Shown here piece after piece: positions 1 through 12,460 of a stretch of 64,000 bases of DNA (positions are counted from its first letter, which is position 1; every line of letters begins with the position of its first letter). Where the stretch lies: positions 558,001 to 622,000 of the forward strand of contig MU057796.1 of assembly GCA_013265495.1 (NCBI GenBank). The letters are read 5' to 3'. The notes under the pieces are model-generated. The model was not told the origin of the DNA, searched no databases, and saw only the letters and a list, made by a program, of their open reading frames with translations. Source of the stretch: Vicugna vicugna (taxonomy: Eukaryota). A program made the position numbers and the translations under genes.

Positions 1-1075
1 GGATGCCTTTTACTTCACTATATCACTTAACTGCCCTGGACAGACCCTCTAGTGGAATGTTGAGTACAAGTTACAAGAGGGGGCATCCTTGTATAGTTCC
101 TGATCTTAGGGGAGAAGAACTTAGTGTTTCAACCAAGTATTATGTTGGCTGTGGACTTCTCACAGATGCCCTTTAGCAGGTTGAATAAATATCCTTATAC
201 CCCTACTTTGTTGAGTGTTGCTATAATAAAGGATGTTGGATTTTATGAAATGCTTTTCTTGGGTCTATTGTGATCATTGCGTGGCTTTGTCCTTCATTGT
301 ATTAATGAGTTATTACATTGCTCATTTTTCTGATAGTAAGATATCCTTGAATTCCTGGGAAAAATCTCAGTTTATAATAATGTAGCATAATTATCTATGT
401 TGTTGGATTCTGTTTGCTAGTATTTTGTTGAGAATTTTTGCATCTATATTCATAAGATATATTGATCTCTAGTTTTCTTTTGTTATGATGTCTTTGGCAT
501 TGGCATTAGGGTTATACTGACTTTATAGAATGAGCTGGGAAGTATTTACTGCTTTTCTGTTTTTGGACTAGTTTGTACATAATAGCTTGTATTAATTCTT
601 CTTTCAATATTTGGTGGAATTCACCAGCAAAGCCATTTGGGCCTGAACATTTTTGTGAAACGTTTTTACATTACTAATTCAATCTCTTAACCCATTATAC
701 AGCTATTCAGATAATCTATTTCTTTGAGAATCTATCACAGTAGTCTATGTTTTTCTAAGGATTTGTCCATTTTATCTAAGTTATTTAATTTGTTGTCATA
801 TAATTTATAGTATTCACTTATAATTTGTCTCATTTCTGTAAGGTTGGTCATAACGTCCTCTTTTTCATTCCTCATTTAAAATGCTTTAGTCTTCTCCCTT
901 TTTTCTTGGTCTATATAGCTGAAGTTTTGTCAATTTTGTTGATCTTTCAAATAACCTTTGGCTCATTGGTTTTCTCTATTTTTTAATTATCTAATTTATT
1001 AAATTGTGCTCTAATATCTATTGGTTCCTTCCTTCTGCTGGCTTTAGGTTTAGTGTACTCTTTTTTTTTTCTACT
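1..1075 (-). mobile_element. Old LINE-1 (L1M-type) ORF2 reverse-transcriptase region, degenerate
   Basis: Antisense L1 ORF2 motifs (gggcatccttgt..gttcctgatcttagggg; ggtggaattcaccagcaaagccatttgggcctg). Homologous to 4570-5390 and to the reverse complement of 59700-60680. Confidence 0.85.
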
Positions 1076-3749
1076 TGGGACCAATTTTTAGTATTTTATT
1101 TTCAACTTTTGATCCCAAACATGCAGACAGTATAAATTCAGCCTCAAAATAAGCAAGGAACACATTACTCGCCATCAATTCACACTCTTACTTTTCTGGT
1201 TTATTATTCCCACTTTATTTATTTGACCTAAATAATTTTCTTTCTATATATTTTTAAGCTAACATTTCTTGGTACTTTGACAGGATAAATCTCTGTTACA
1301 AACCAATAATCCCATTCACATCACTTACTATTTGTGGTTAGAGGAAAGTTGGGGCTCAGAACTTCTCCTCCCTGACAGTCAATTCTTAAGGATGAAGGAG
1401 AAGTAGACCTCATGTGGGTAAGAAAGAATTCTGCTTATACCTTTAGCATTGAAGAGTAGAATATGGCTTTGGGTAAAGTCTCCATATTGGAGGATGTTTG
1501 CTTTGCAGAAATGAATATGAAATATAATTATAGAAGTATTAATTTTCTGAATCTAAGTTGTTTGACTATGTCTTCAAGTACGCTTACATGTAACTTGCTC
1601 ATTAACATAGAAATGCCTTTCTAATAAAAATGTTATATTCAACAGCAATAGATATTTATAATAAATTATTTTAGCAATCTCACTATTAATAGAGAAAAGC
1701 TAACAGAGAATGACACCATTTTCTAACTTTTATTGTTATTTTTATGCAAATTATTTATAAATTATAGAATTGATATTTTTAAAAAACTCATATGAACTGG
1801 ACACTGGTAAAGTAAAATCTTTTTTATCTCCCAAACTTCTAAGATCTTAAAAAAAATCACTCTTTACTGTGTATCTCATTTCTTTGTCTACAAAATATGA
1901 TTAATGACATTAATCTGGGGACAATTTATAGCAAAGATGCAAGCGATGGAGCAGAATCTGAAATGTAATTTCTGCCCCTTATCAAGGAAAACTTGTACAA
2001 TAAAAGACTGCATTATTCAGATGCTGAATATCCCAAGTGCTTCATGTTATTGGAACTGTGGGTATGCTGTAGAAAGTCAAATAGTTCACTGTGTGAAATC
2101 CGTCTTTTTTTTTTTTAATTAATACTTTGGAGAGAAAGAGATATCAATTAGATCAGATGTCTTATTGTTTTTCGTCTACCATATTTATAAATGCTTTGCT
2201 CTAGGTTTTGCCTAATTATATTTTTGGGTTCCTGTATACTTTTAATCTAGGTGAAATAATGAGCATGCTTCCAAACACTGAATGCTAAGTAAAGCCTGTT
2301 CGTTGCCCTTGGAAAAGGTTCTATTGTCATATTTGGTGGCCCTGTATTTTAGCTCCCGTCATTTTTCTGGTAGCCAAGGTACCAGCTCAGCTGCCAGGAA
2401 ACCAAAGCACAGCAAAGGAAAGGATAGCTTCAGTAAGTCTGATATTCACCGCTAATTGTTAGCAAGCTACATGAAAAATAAACCTGAGCATGAATGAAAT
2501 ACACTTAATCTTTTAAATCAGATAAAGAAGAAAGAAAAACCAGTGAACCAGTGTCTGGCTTTAGAACACTGTTCACCTCCAAACAAAACTTACCCTCTAG
2601 ATTTATATATTTTTTAGTAGAATCTTTAAAAAGATCCTAGATTTACCCTTTCCTTTTGACTCCTGGGCTTAAGAACAAACTATATCCTCACCATTTTAAA
2701 ATGTAGAGTTTGAGGCGTTCCAATTGTTGGGCCTCCTTTTCTTTATACCCAACCCAACTCAGAACCTTTTTATCACACTGTTAGCATGTTTTAAAAATCT
2801 AAGTAAGAGCTACATAATGGTTAGAATAACAGTAAGATCCTTTGACAGCTGGGACTGTGTTGTACCATTGGATGCATTCAGTAAGTATCTGTTCAACAGA
2901 TAAAGTAGAAAAATACGAATTTATGAAAATCACAAATTGTCTATCAAGAACGTAGCAGCTGCCAGCTGAAGTATTTTAGGAAGCTTTTGGTAAGTGGAAT
3001 ATGCAAAAGGAAAGTGTTCAGGTATCATCCATAGATTACTCAAGTCACAGAAAGAAAGAGTCCAGTGTAGAAGCATTTTTTTCCCTTATTTCCCAAAAGA
3101 GTAAAATCAGAAAAACAAATGAGATACCCATTTATATTAACATTGGTTCAAGCTATTCTTTTTGTTTGCTTGTTTGCTAAAGTTGGCACAAAGAAGTGAA
3201 TACTTTCCCAATACAGTCATCATCAGGCATCCTCCCCTGCTAGCATCTGGACTCTGCACAAATTAAATATTAGCTTTAGGAGAGAAGACAGGTAAAAATC
3301 ATCATCTTGCTCAAATTTCCTACTTCTTGTCACTGAAAGCAGTTCACAAATGTACATGAATGGGAAAATATAATGTGTGATTCTCTTCTTGTCTTTTGAT
3401 ATAAGAGAAATTTCTGAGAAGAAAAAATTTTAAATGTTAGAAAGGAAAAAGTTTATTGGAACTCTCTGCCATCCAAAATAACAATAACAATTGTAATAAT
3501 ACTTCCTTGTTCAGGCCTTACAAAGTCCCACATAGAGGAAGTCACACCTTTATTACTGACTCTTATAAAAGCAAAAATGGACAAGAGAAATGAATACTTT
3601 TAATCTCTTAAGAGTGTATTATTTATGGTCTTCCAAATCAGTAGTCTTTAAGGGTGAATAACCATTAGAACCTCCACTCTTCATACTGTAGTGTTATCAC
3701 AGTCTCCACAAAAGTGCTGTAATTTCAATTAGTCACAAAGTATCACCAT

Positions 3750-4420
3750 GTAAGCCTTTACTCTATAGCAAACATGGAGCCCATTGTTGGAGATACAGAA
3801 GTAAACATAAGTGTGTCCTTGCTTTCAGGGTGACTGTCTTAGTCCGTTTGAATTTCTGTAATAAAATACCACAGACTGAGTGGCTTATAAACAACAGGAA
3901 TTTGTTTATCACCATTCTGGAGGCTGGAAAGTACAAGATCATGGTGCCAGAAGACTTGGTGTGGTGGCTGGTGAGGACTCACCTCCTGGTTCATTTTTGT
4001 TGTGTTGTCACATGGTGGAAGGGGCAAGAAAGTTCTCTGAAACTTCTTTTATAAGGACATTCCTCTGATTTATGAGGGCTCTACCCACGTGACCTCATCA
4101 CCTCCTACAGGCCCCACCTCTTAATACTGTCACGTTGGGGGTTAGAATTTCAACATACACATTTCAGGGTGACATGTTTACATCATGGCAGTGATATTCT
4201 ACTGGAGAAATCGAGAAGCAAATAGGCCATTACAAGGAGTGTTCTCAGTGTTACGACAAGGGCTTTGACGGGGCATTGAGTTAACTGGTGGAGTATCTGA
4301 TTCACTCTTGAGGGGTCTGGGAACGTATGTGAGAAAAGTGGTTTTTAAGCTGAACACTGGAAGACAAACAAACTAATGAGTATGGAAGAATGAAAACAGA
4401 CAGGACTAAGGCATTCAAAG
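3750..4420 (-). mobile_element. LINE-2 3' fragment split by an MLT1A-like LTR
   Basis: L2-like motifs (ttggagatacagaagtaaacataagtgtgtccttgctttcaggg ... ttttaagctgaacactggaagac) resume on both sides of the LTR. Confidence 0.55.
3835..4190 (-). mobile_element. ERVL-MaLR solo LTR (MLT1A-like)
   Basis: 356 bp with TG...CA ends; typical motifs tgtcttagtcc..aaaataccacagactgagtggcttataaacaacag and gggttagaatttcaacat. 5-bp TSD gtgac (3830-3834) / gtgat (4191-4195). Confidence 0.9.
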
Positions 4421-4569
4421 CAGTAATTCTATTCCAAATCATTGGTTTCTTTGATTATTCTTTTCCTCTAATTTTTCACGTTCTCTTTATATGTGCTTAA
4501 GTAGACTTAAAATGCTAGCACGTAACTTATACAAACCAAAGTAAATGGATAAACTCTTTTATCCGTTAG

Positions 4570-5392
4570 CACCTTTAATTGCTCTGGCTGGAACTTCTAG
4601 TACTGTATTGAGTGGAAGTGGCAAGAGTGGGAATTCTTGCTTTATTCCTGATCTCACAGAAAGAGTTTTCATTTTCTTACAGTTAAGTGTGATGTTAGTG
4701 GTGGCCGTTTCACATATGACCTTTACCATGTTGAGCGACATGCCTTCTATACCTAGTTTGTTGAGAGTTTTTAATTATGAAAGTGTGTTTAATTTTGTCA
4801 AGTGCCTTTTTCTGTGTCGATGGCAATGGGTATATGAATTTTATCCTTCATTCTCTTATTTTGTACTACCATTAATTTAATGTGGTGTATCACGTTAATT
4901 GATTTTCATATGTTGGAACAGCCTTGTGTCCAAGGAATAAATTCCAAATGGTCATGGTGTATGATTATTTTAATGTGCTGTTGAATTCAGGTTGCTAGTA
5001 TTTTGTTCAGTATTTTTTCATTTATGTTTATTGAGAATATTGGCCTATATTTTTCTTTTTTATGGTGTTCTTGTCTGGCTTTGGAATCAGGGTGATGCTG
5101 GATTCATAAAAATAGTTTGGAATTGTCCCCTTCTCTTCTGTTTCTGGAAGGATTTGAATAGGATTGGTATTAATTCTTTAAGTGTTTTGTAGAATTTGCC
5201 AGTGAAACCACCTTTTCCTAGACTTTTGTTTGTTGGAAGGTTTTTGATTACTGATTAGAACTCCTCACTAGTAACTGATCTGTTCAGATTTTCTGTCTTC
5301 ATGATTCAGTTTTGGTAGGTTGTATGTTTCTGGGAACTTACTCATTTCTTATTGGTTATCCAATTTTTTGTTGTATAATTTTTCTAGTAGTT
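4570..5392 (-). mobile_element. LINE-1 ORF2 RT-region fragment
   Basis: Minus-strand ORF reads like L1 RT (TTNITLNCKKMKTLSVRSGIKQEFPLLPLPLNTVLEVPARAI, compare [43 protein letters not shown]). Confidence 0.9.
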
Positions 5393-5394
5393 GC

Positions 5395-6210
5395 TTATTG
5401 GGTGAAGAACTTGAATAGACATCTCTCCAAAGAAGACATACAAATGGCCAATACGTATATTAATAGGCGCTCATTCACTAATAAAGAAATGCATATAAAA
5501 ACTGTGGGATATTACCTCACACCTGTTAAAATGGCTGTTATTAAAAAAAAAGAAAAGTATTGACAAGGATGTAGAGAAATAGGAACTCTTGCACTGTTGT
5601 TGAGAATATAAAATGGTGCAATCACTATGGAAAAGATCATGGAGAGTCTTCAAAAAAATTAAAAATAGAATTACTGCATGTTTCCACAAACTCACATCTG
5701 GAATGGAATAAAAGAATGGAAATCAGGACCTTGAAGAGACATCTGCAGTCTCATATTCATTTCAGCATTAATCACCATAACCATGATATTGAAACACCCT
5801 AAATGTCCATCAGTGGATGAATGGATGAAGAAAATGTGGTATATACACATAGTGAAATGCTATTCAGCCTTAGAAAGTAAGGCAATCCTGCCATATGCGA
5901 TAACACAAATGAACCTGAAGGATATTATGCTACATGAAATAAGCCAGTCACAGAAGATAAGTCCTGCATGATTCCTCTTATATGAGGTATATAAAATTAT
6001 CAAACAGAGAAACCGAAGCAGAGTAGAATAATGGTGGCCAGTAGTTGGGGGAGGGGAACTACAGAGTTGTTGATCAATAGATAAAAAGTTTTAATTACAC
6101 AAGATGAATAAATTCTAGAGATCTGCCATTTATGCCTGTTGTTAATAGTACCTTATTATGCACTTCAAAAATTTATTAATGTTGTGTTCTTATCACCAAA
6201 ATAAAAAAAA
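5395..6210 (+). mobile_element. LINE-1 (L1MA/L1MB-like) ORF2 C-terminus, 3'UTR and A-tail
   Basis: WVKNLNRHLSKEDIQMAN and PKCPSVDEWMKKMWYIH are ORF2 C-terminal motifs; ends in aaaataaaaaaaa. Confidence 0.9.
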
Positions 6211-7929
6211 TGTAGGCTAGATTTAGCCCCAAGTACTGTAGTTCGCTTACCTTCTTTATGATATATTTTTGTAGCAAAGACTCACTTGTGATTTTATTAA
6301 ATTTCTTTACTTTTCATACTTTTTTCTACTCTTCTTACTTAATTTTCTTTGTGGTCTTTTTCTCTCTCTTGTACTTATGTTATTTGATTGTTTTAAATAA
6401 TTGTGTTGCTTTTTTAGTATTTTGAAGTCAAGTAAGTAACAAATACATAAATTCAAACTTTAGAATTAAAAAATAGTAAAACATTGTAAAATACCTCCAA
6501 AAGAGAGATTAAACATGTGCACAGCAGAACCAGGGGCATTTGGTACCACCTGATATCATGCTCCCAGAACATGGACATTCAGGGAAAAAACAACGCAAAA
6601 CACAAAAAACTTAAGAGTACATATAATTGGAATCTGGTTGGAAATAAGGGCACATGAAAAACCCAAAGAGAAAAGTAAGTTTGTTATTCATGAGGGAAAG
6701 GAAAGTTATTTTCTGAACCAGAAAAAGAGAATCACTTCAGGATACCCAAGAGTTAACAAAATACAACTTTACTGGCTGAATAAACTTTAATATTTAGTCT
6801 GCAGTAGAGTTATTTTGTAAAAATATATAAAATGGAATTAGTGTAGTGGTGAGTGCTTTTATTAGTGAATATTTTAATGGCACATTTTGAGACTAAAATC
6901 GTCATATGTTTTCTTAAAAATCTTCTGTGCTTATGAGATATGTATAACCTTAATTAAGAATACACTTAATGGTTGGTATATCAAAATCCAACAGATAGTA
7001 CAGAATTGTTGGCTGTGCTTTCCTTGCAAAATCACAAGTCACAGCAGGATAATCTGAGTTAATAATTTTTGAAACAGCTAATAGGTAAGGTACAAGAAAT
7101 GACCTTTATATACTACTGACTTGCAACAATTCTTTCTTTTAGGTGATTAAAATAAAAGGTAGTTTCTTTGAAGAAGGACTAAAATAAAAAGCAAGCTTCA
7201 TTTGAAAAGAAAGGAAAGAAAATATAAGAATAATTTAATTATATGAGTGGTTTCACATTAGGGAAATTTTCCTTCAAACCAAAGGATCCCTTCATGCCTT
7301 CCTTATTAACATGGAAAAGAAACAGAACGACTCTCCTCTTGATTTGAGCTGCATCACTGCTTATCTGCTGATTGGACAATCTGCTTATTCCTAATTTATC
7401 ACTTTAATGTTACTGTTAGTACAAATAACTGGTCGGCAAAACGCTAAAACACAATTATAAATAGTGTGACCTGCTCGCAGAAGTGCCAGGGTAGGCAACA
7501 GCTCCAGTCCTCCATTTATCACCATTTGCTTTGATAGAGCAACATTCATTTCATTTATCATTTGATCCCTTTCTGTTACTTCTTTCATGGGAGGCTGTCT
7601 AATCAGCATTATTTGTCTCAAACTGTATTTTCTTGAAAGCTTTTCAGAAGCTCCTAACAAAGGCACAATAGCTGTACTCATCTAAGGAAACACCCAGCTC
7701 CACAAGACAGAGGTTCATATTCTGATTGCCCTTTTAAAAAGTGAATTGTTAGGTGAGAGTCTAAAGAAAGATTAAATCACACATAGCTTCCTGCTTGTGG
7801 GGGTGTGTGTGTGTGTGTTAACCAAAAGGACACTCAATAAAATGAACAAACTAATGAAATACAACTTATTAATTGACATAATCAGTAAAAAATGTGTGGT
7901 TAAAGGATGATTCTCTCATCCAAAGGTTA

Positions 7930-9740
7930 ATATGGACAACAAAGAGAATAAACATAAAGATGTAAAAAAAAAGGGGGCATTAAAATCAGAAAAAGTGGGA
8001 GAAGGGAGAAAGAAAATATAGATTTTTTTCTCTTTTTCTTCTTTTTTAAAATTCTTCATTCTTTTTAGGATGTGTTTGAGCCTATATAGCTACCAGTCTA
8101 AAGTAAACAGATACAGTAATAGGTTAGCATACCTGAAAAGCAGGGTAACCACAAACCAAAAGCATACAATAGATTCACAAAAACCAAAAAGAAATAAAGC
8201 TAATACAAAAGAAAAATATCAAACCAGAAAAAGGAAAACAAAAAGGAAAAGAAAGAGACACCGAAGAACTACCAAATCAACTGGAAAAAAAGTTCAAAAT
8301 GGCAATAAACCCACATTTATCAATAATTACTATAAATGTCAATGGACTAAATGCTCCAGTCAAAAGACATAGAGTGGCAGATTGGATAATAAAACAAAAA
8401 CCTACAACATGCTGCTTACAAGAAACTCACTTTATGAATCCACCATCACCTGGATACCAAAGCCAGAAAAAGACACTACCAAAAAAGAAAACTATAGGCC
8501 AGTATTATTGATGAACATAGGTGCAAAAACCCTCAATAAAATATTAGCAAACAGAATCCAACAACACATAAAAAAGATTATACCCCATGGTCAAGTTGGG
8601 TTCATCCCAGGGACACAAGGATGGTTCAACATACACAAAAATAAAAGGGATCCAAATTGTAAGAGAAGAGATAAAATTGTCATTATATGTTGATGACATG
8701 ATACTATATGTAGAAGACCCTAAAGACTCCATACAAAACCTATGAGAGCTGATAAAAGAATTTGTCAAGGTAGCAAGATACAAGATTAACATACAGAAAT
8801 CATTCGCATTTCTTTACATTAACAAAGAAATATCAGAAAAGGAAAGTAAAGAAATAATCATTTTTTAAAATTGCATCCAAAAAATAAAATAAAATACTTA
8901 GGAATAACTCTGACCAAGGAAGTGAAAGAATTATACATGGAGAACTATGAAACATTGATTAAGGAAGTTAAGATAATTTAAAGAAATGAAAAGATATCCC
9001 ATGTTCTTGGATAGGAAGAATTAATATTGTTAAACTAGCCATGCTATCCAAAGAAATCTACAGATTTAATGCAATCCCTATCAAATTATCCAGGACATAC
9101 TTCACAGAACTAGAACAAATAATCCTAAAATTTATATGGATTCACAAACTACCTAAAATTGCCAAAACAATACTGAAGAAAAAGAATGAAACTGGAGGAC
9201 TAACTCTCCCAGACTTCAGGCAATACTATAAGTAATCAAAACAGCATGGTATTGGTATAAAAACTGACATATGGACCAATGGAACAGAATAGAGAGCAAT
9301 ATAGATGGACTTAGAGATTGTCATTCTAAGTGAAGTGAGCTAGAAAGAGAAAGAAAAATACCATATGATATCACTTATATGTGGAATATAAAAAAAAAGA
9401 CAAATCTATTTACAGAACAGAAACAGACAGAGACATAGAAAACAAACTTATGGTTACAGTGGGGGAAGGAAGTGGGAAGGGATAAACTGGGAGTGCGAGA
9501 TTTGCAGTTACTAACTAATATATATAAAATAGATAAACAACAGGTTCATACTGTATAAAAGAGGGAAATATATTCAATATCTTGTAGTAACTTATGGTGA
9601 AAAGATATATGAGAATGAATATATGTATGTTCATATATAACTGAAACATTATACTATATACCAGAAATTGACACATTGTAAACTGACTATACTTCAATTT
9701 TATATATACACACACACACAGACACACACATATGTATACA
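7930..9740 (+). mobile_element. Lineage-specific LINE-1 with three internal deletions (inter-ORF spacer, ORF2 pieces, 3'UTR, microsatellite tail)
   Basis: ORF2 start [38 protein letters not shown] at 8299; RT motifs [15 protein letters not shown] and [11 protein letters not shown]; 3'UTR matches the reverse complement of 41150-41520; tail is (TA)n(CA)n. Confidence 0.92.
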
Positions 9741-10299
9741 AAACAATAAAAGAATAGTGGGATCTTTTCAGTGAATCCATCAGATTGCTGTGGATTGTAA
9801 ATTATGCACACTGCAAAGTTATCCGCTGCTAGGAAAAGTGCTGTCTTTATCACTTACTGACCAGCTACCCATTCACTTTCTTACTTCCTCTGAAAACCAG
9901 AAACAGTAATAATCATCTTCTTTTTACATGATAGGAAAGATCTGAAACTCTTGGATTAAACGGTTGCTTTTGCAAATTTTCCTTCTATGATATTTTTTCT
10001 AACAGGGCACTCTCCCTTTGGTACTTTGAAATTCATGTTACAGCAGTGCTTTATTTTGTCTGTTCAAGTAGCAATGGTAATGTAACAATACCGATGAAAA
10101 GCAAACAGGTAGAATTAAAATATGGGAGTGGGACTCAAGAAAACTGATTCTAATCCAAGTTCTGGAACCAAGAAATTGAGCAACCTGTGTAACTTCTAAA
10201 TTCCTGTAGAATTAGGAGATTAAGACATGTGTTATCAAGTTTAGTAACTTTCAGATCATTTGTTTCATATTCATGTTCAAATATAAAAACAACACACAA

Positions 10300-10490
10300 A
10301 TATGCAGGACACTTTTCTAAGAACTTTAGATATATTAGCTCATTTAACTTCAGTATGATGCAGGTACTACTATGATCCTCATTACACGGATGCAGAACCA
10401 AGATCACACTGCCAGTAAGTGGCAGAACCTGGATTTCAGCCCAGACAGATCAATTTCAGTATGTATATGTTTATTCACTGCATTATAATG
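10300..10490 (-). mobile_element. MIR SINE
   Basis: Core motif ccaagatcacactgccagtaagtggcagaacctggatttcagcccag. Confidence 0.75.
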
Positions 10491-10699
10491 CAATTTATTG
10501 AAACTTTTTTGATATCAGTTCCCATGAATACATTTTTCCTATTTTGTTTTAAAAAATTAATTCAAAAGAAACCTTATGTACCAATCATAAAGGGAAAGCC
10601 AGTGCCATCAACACAAACAGAAGGTTACCATATGCCTTGAAAAGATACACAATAAGGTTGTTAATTTTAAAATAATCAATAACATAGAAGTAATAAATC

Positions 10700-10820
10700 T
10701 AATTATAGCAGAGGAGACTGAGACAGATTTGCCCTAGATTTCAGAGTGGTTTCATCACACGTTGGAAAGACAGTTTCCCGGTTCTGATTTCCAGCCCAGC
10801 GTTCTATCCACCACACCCTT
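10700..10820 (-). mobile_element. MIR SINE fragment
   Basis: gcagaggagactgagacaga ... tctgatttccagcccagcgttctatccaccacacc. Confidence 0.55.
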
Positions 10821-12104
10821 GGTCATCCTTTCTGTCATTAGTAGTTGATCCGTCTGTTGGCTTCCCATCAGGTCTCCATTTACCAGATATCCCAATTTCT
10901 CCACTCTTACTGGTATTTCCTATTTCTTTGTCTCTAAAAGGTATTTTGCTCATTTCCTATTCTGCTTGCTTTTCCATTTCCTATCCCACATGTCTTCCCA
11001 AATATTTTTCTCTTCTATTATCCGTGGGGTGTAGCTCTTTTTTGGGGTGCTGAGTTCTACCACCAGAGTCCTTGGAGTGTCATGTCAGTGTGAATCACAG
11101 GAGCTCATCTCCCACTTTGATGCTTTATCCATCAGCCCTCTTCCCTGGACACATTCACATTCTGTCTCCCTCCCGCCCTTTTACTCACAACCACCAATGT
11201 CCTGGGAATCAAACGCCTCTGCTTTAGTCCTAGATGGGTTTCTTAGCTTCTCTTTTTTCTTCTTCTGACTCACTTTTTCTTTCCCTTTACTTTCCTCTTT
11301 CATCTATCTTCTCCCTCCTTCTTCCTAGTTTCTGTGTCACCCAGGGTGATTATGCAATGGTGGAGAAATATAAACATAAAAGATATTTGATGCTGTACTA
11401 CCTAAAACTATTGGCAGCACAAGCCCTACATTTTCAGAAATACTGTTTTCAGTTTTAAAATTATATGATCTGAAATGGGCCAAGTCAGCCACCTTCTCAT
11501 CAGTAATCTTTCCCTAATAATCACAAGACTCATTACTGCTGGAACCAGTTAGGGGATTACTTTCTGGCTTGACTCTAATTAGCAACATTGAAATAATTGC
11601 AGCTCTTAAACTTTTCATGAGAGTCTTTCAACCAAAATCACACCCTCTACCCTAACATGACTGTGAACTATGGCAACAATTCTGTGGAACTAGGGCGTTT
11701 GTGTGTCTTCAGGAAAAGGAAGAAATTTGCAAAAAGGGGTTTGTACTGACTTGGATAGGCTAATGGCTTGGCTAAAAAGAATCACGACAGTTCAGAAAGC
11801 ATAATTACTGAGAAACACTAACTTAATATGCAAAATGACACTTTAAGGGAGCAGGGCATACCGTTTGAAAGAGTTCTTGACCTTGGAGGAGCACCACCTC
11901 AAGCAATAATAAGGCAGGAAACATGAGGGGTGAAGGCTGGAAAACTGCACCTTAGGGAGTAAAGGATTAAGTTGAGAGTGTTTGGGGAAGTTTTTCATGA
12001 GTCTTGAGTTTGGAGTAATAGAATTTAGTGAGTACATGAAAATATAAAATCATTATTATTTATCCTACAGTAATAGGAAATGGCATGACTATGAGCAGCC
12101 TGAA

Positions 12105-12270
12105 ACATATATATATACTACTTATATACAAACTATATATTTATGTAGACATATATAATATTCATTTATATGTATGTATATGTGTATGTATATATTTACA
12201 TATATAGATAAACGTGTGTGTGTGTGTGTGTCTATAAAACATATATATATATAAAAACATACATATATTA
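12105..12270. repeat. Compound (TA)n/(TG)n low-complexity microsatellite
   Basis: Visible AT and GT dinucleotide runs. Confidence 0.9.
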
Positions 12271-12460
12271 GTTTGAGAAAAAATCAATGAGTTAAATCCT
12301 GAGACTGGGGACCAATGACTGTTAGAAAACAGCATACCTCACAAAGGAGTCATTAGTTACAGAAAGATGTGGCAAAACTAGAGTTTTTATATAACTACTA
12401 AAGTGGGTAAATTTGAAATCCAATGTATGTAGTAAATGAGAAAACACACTTCTCTGAGAA

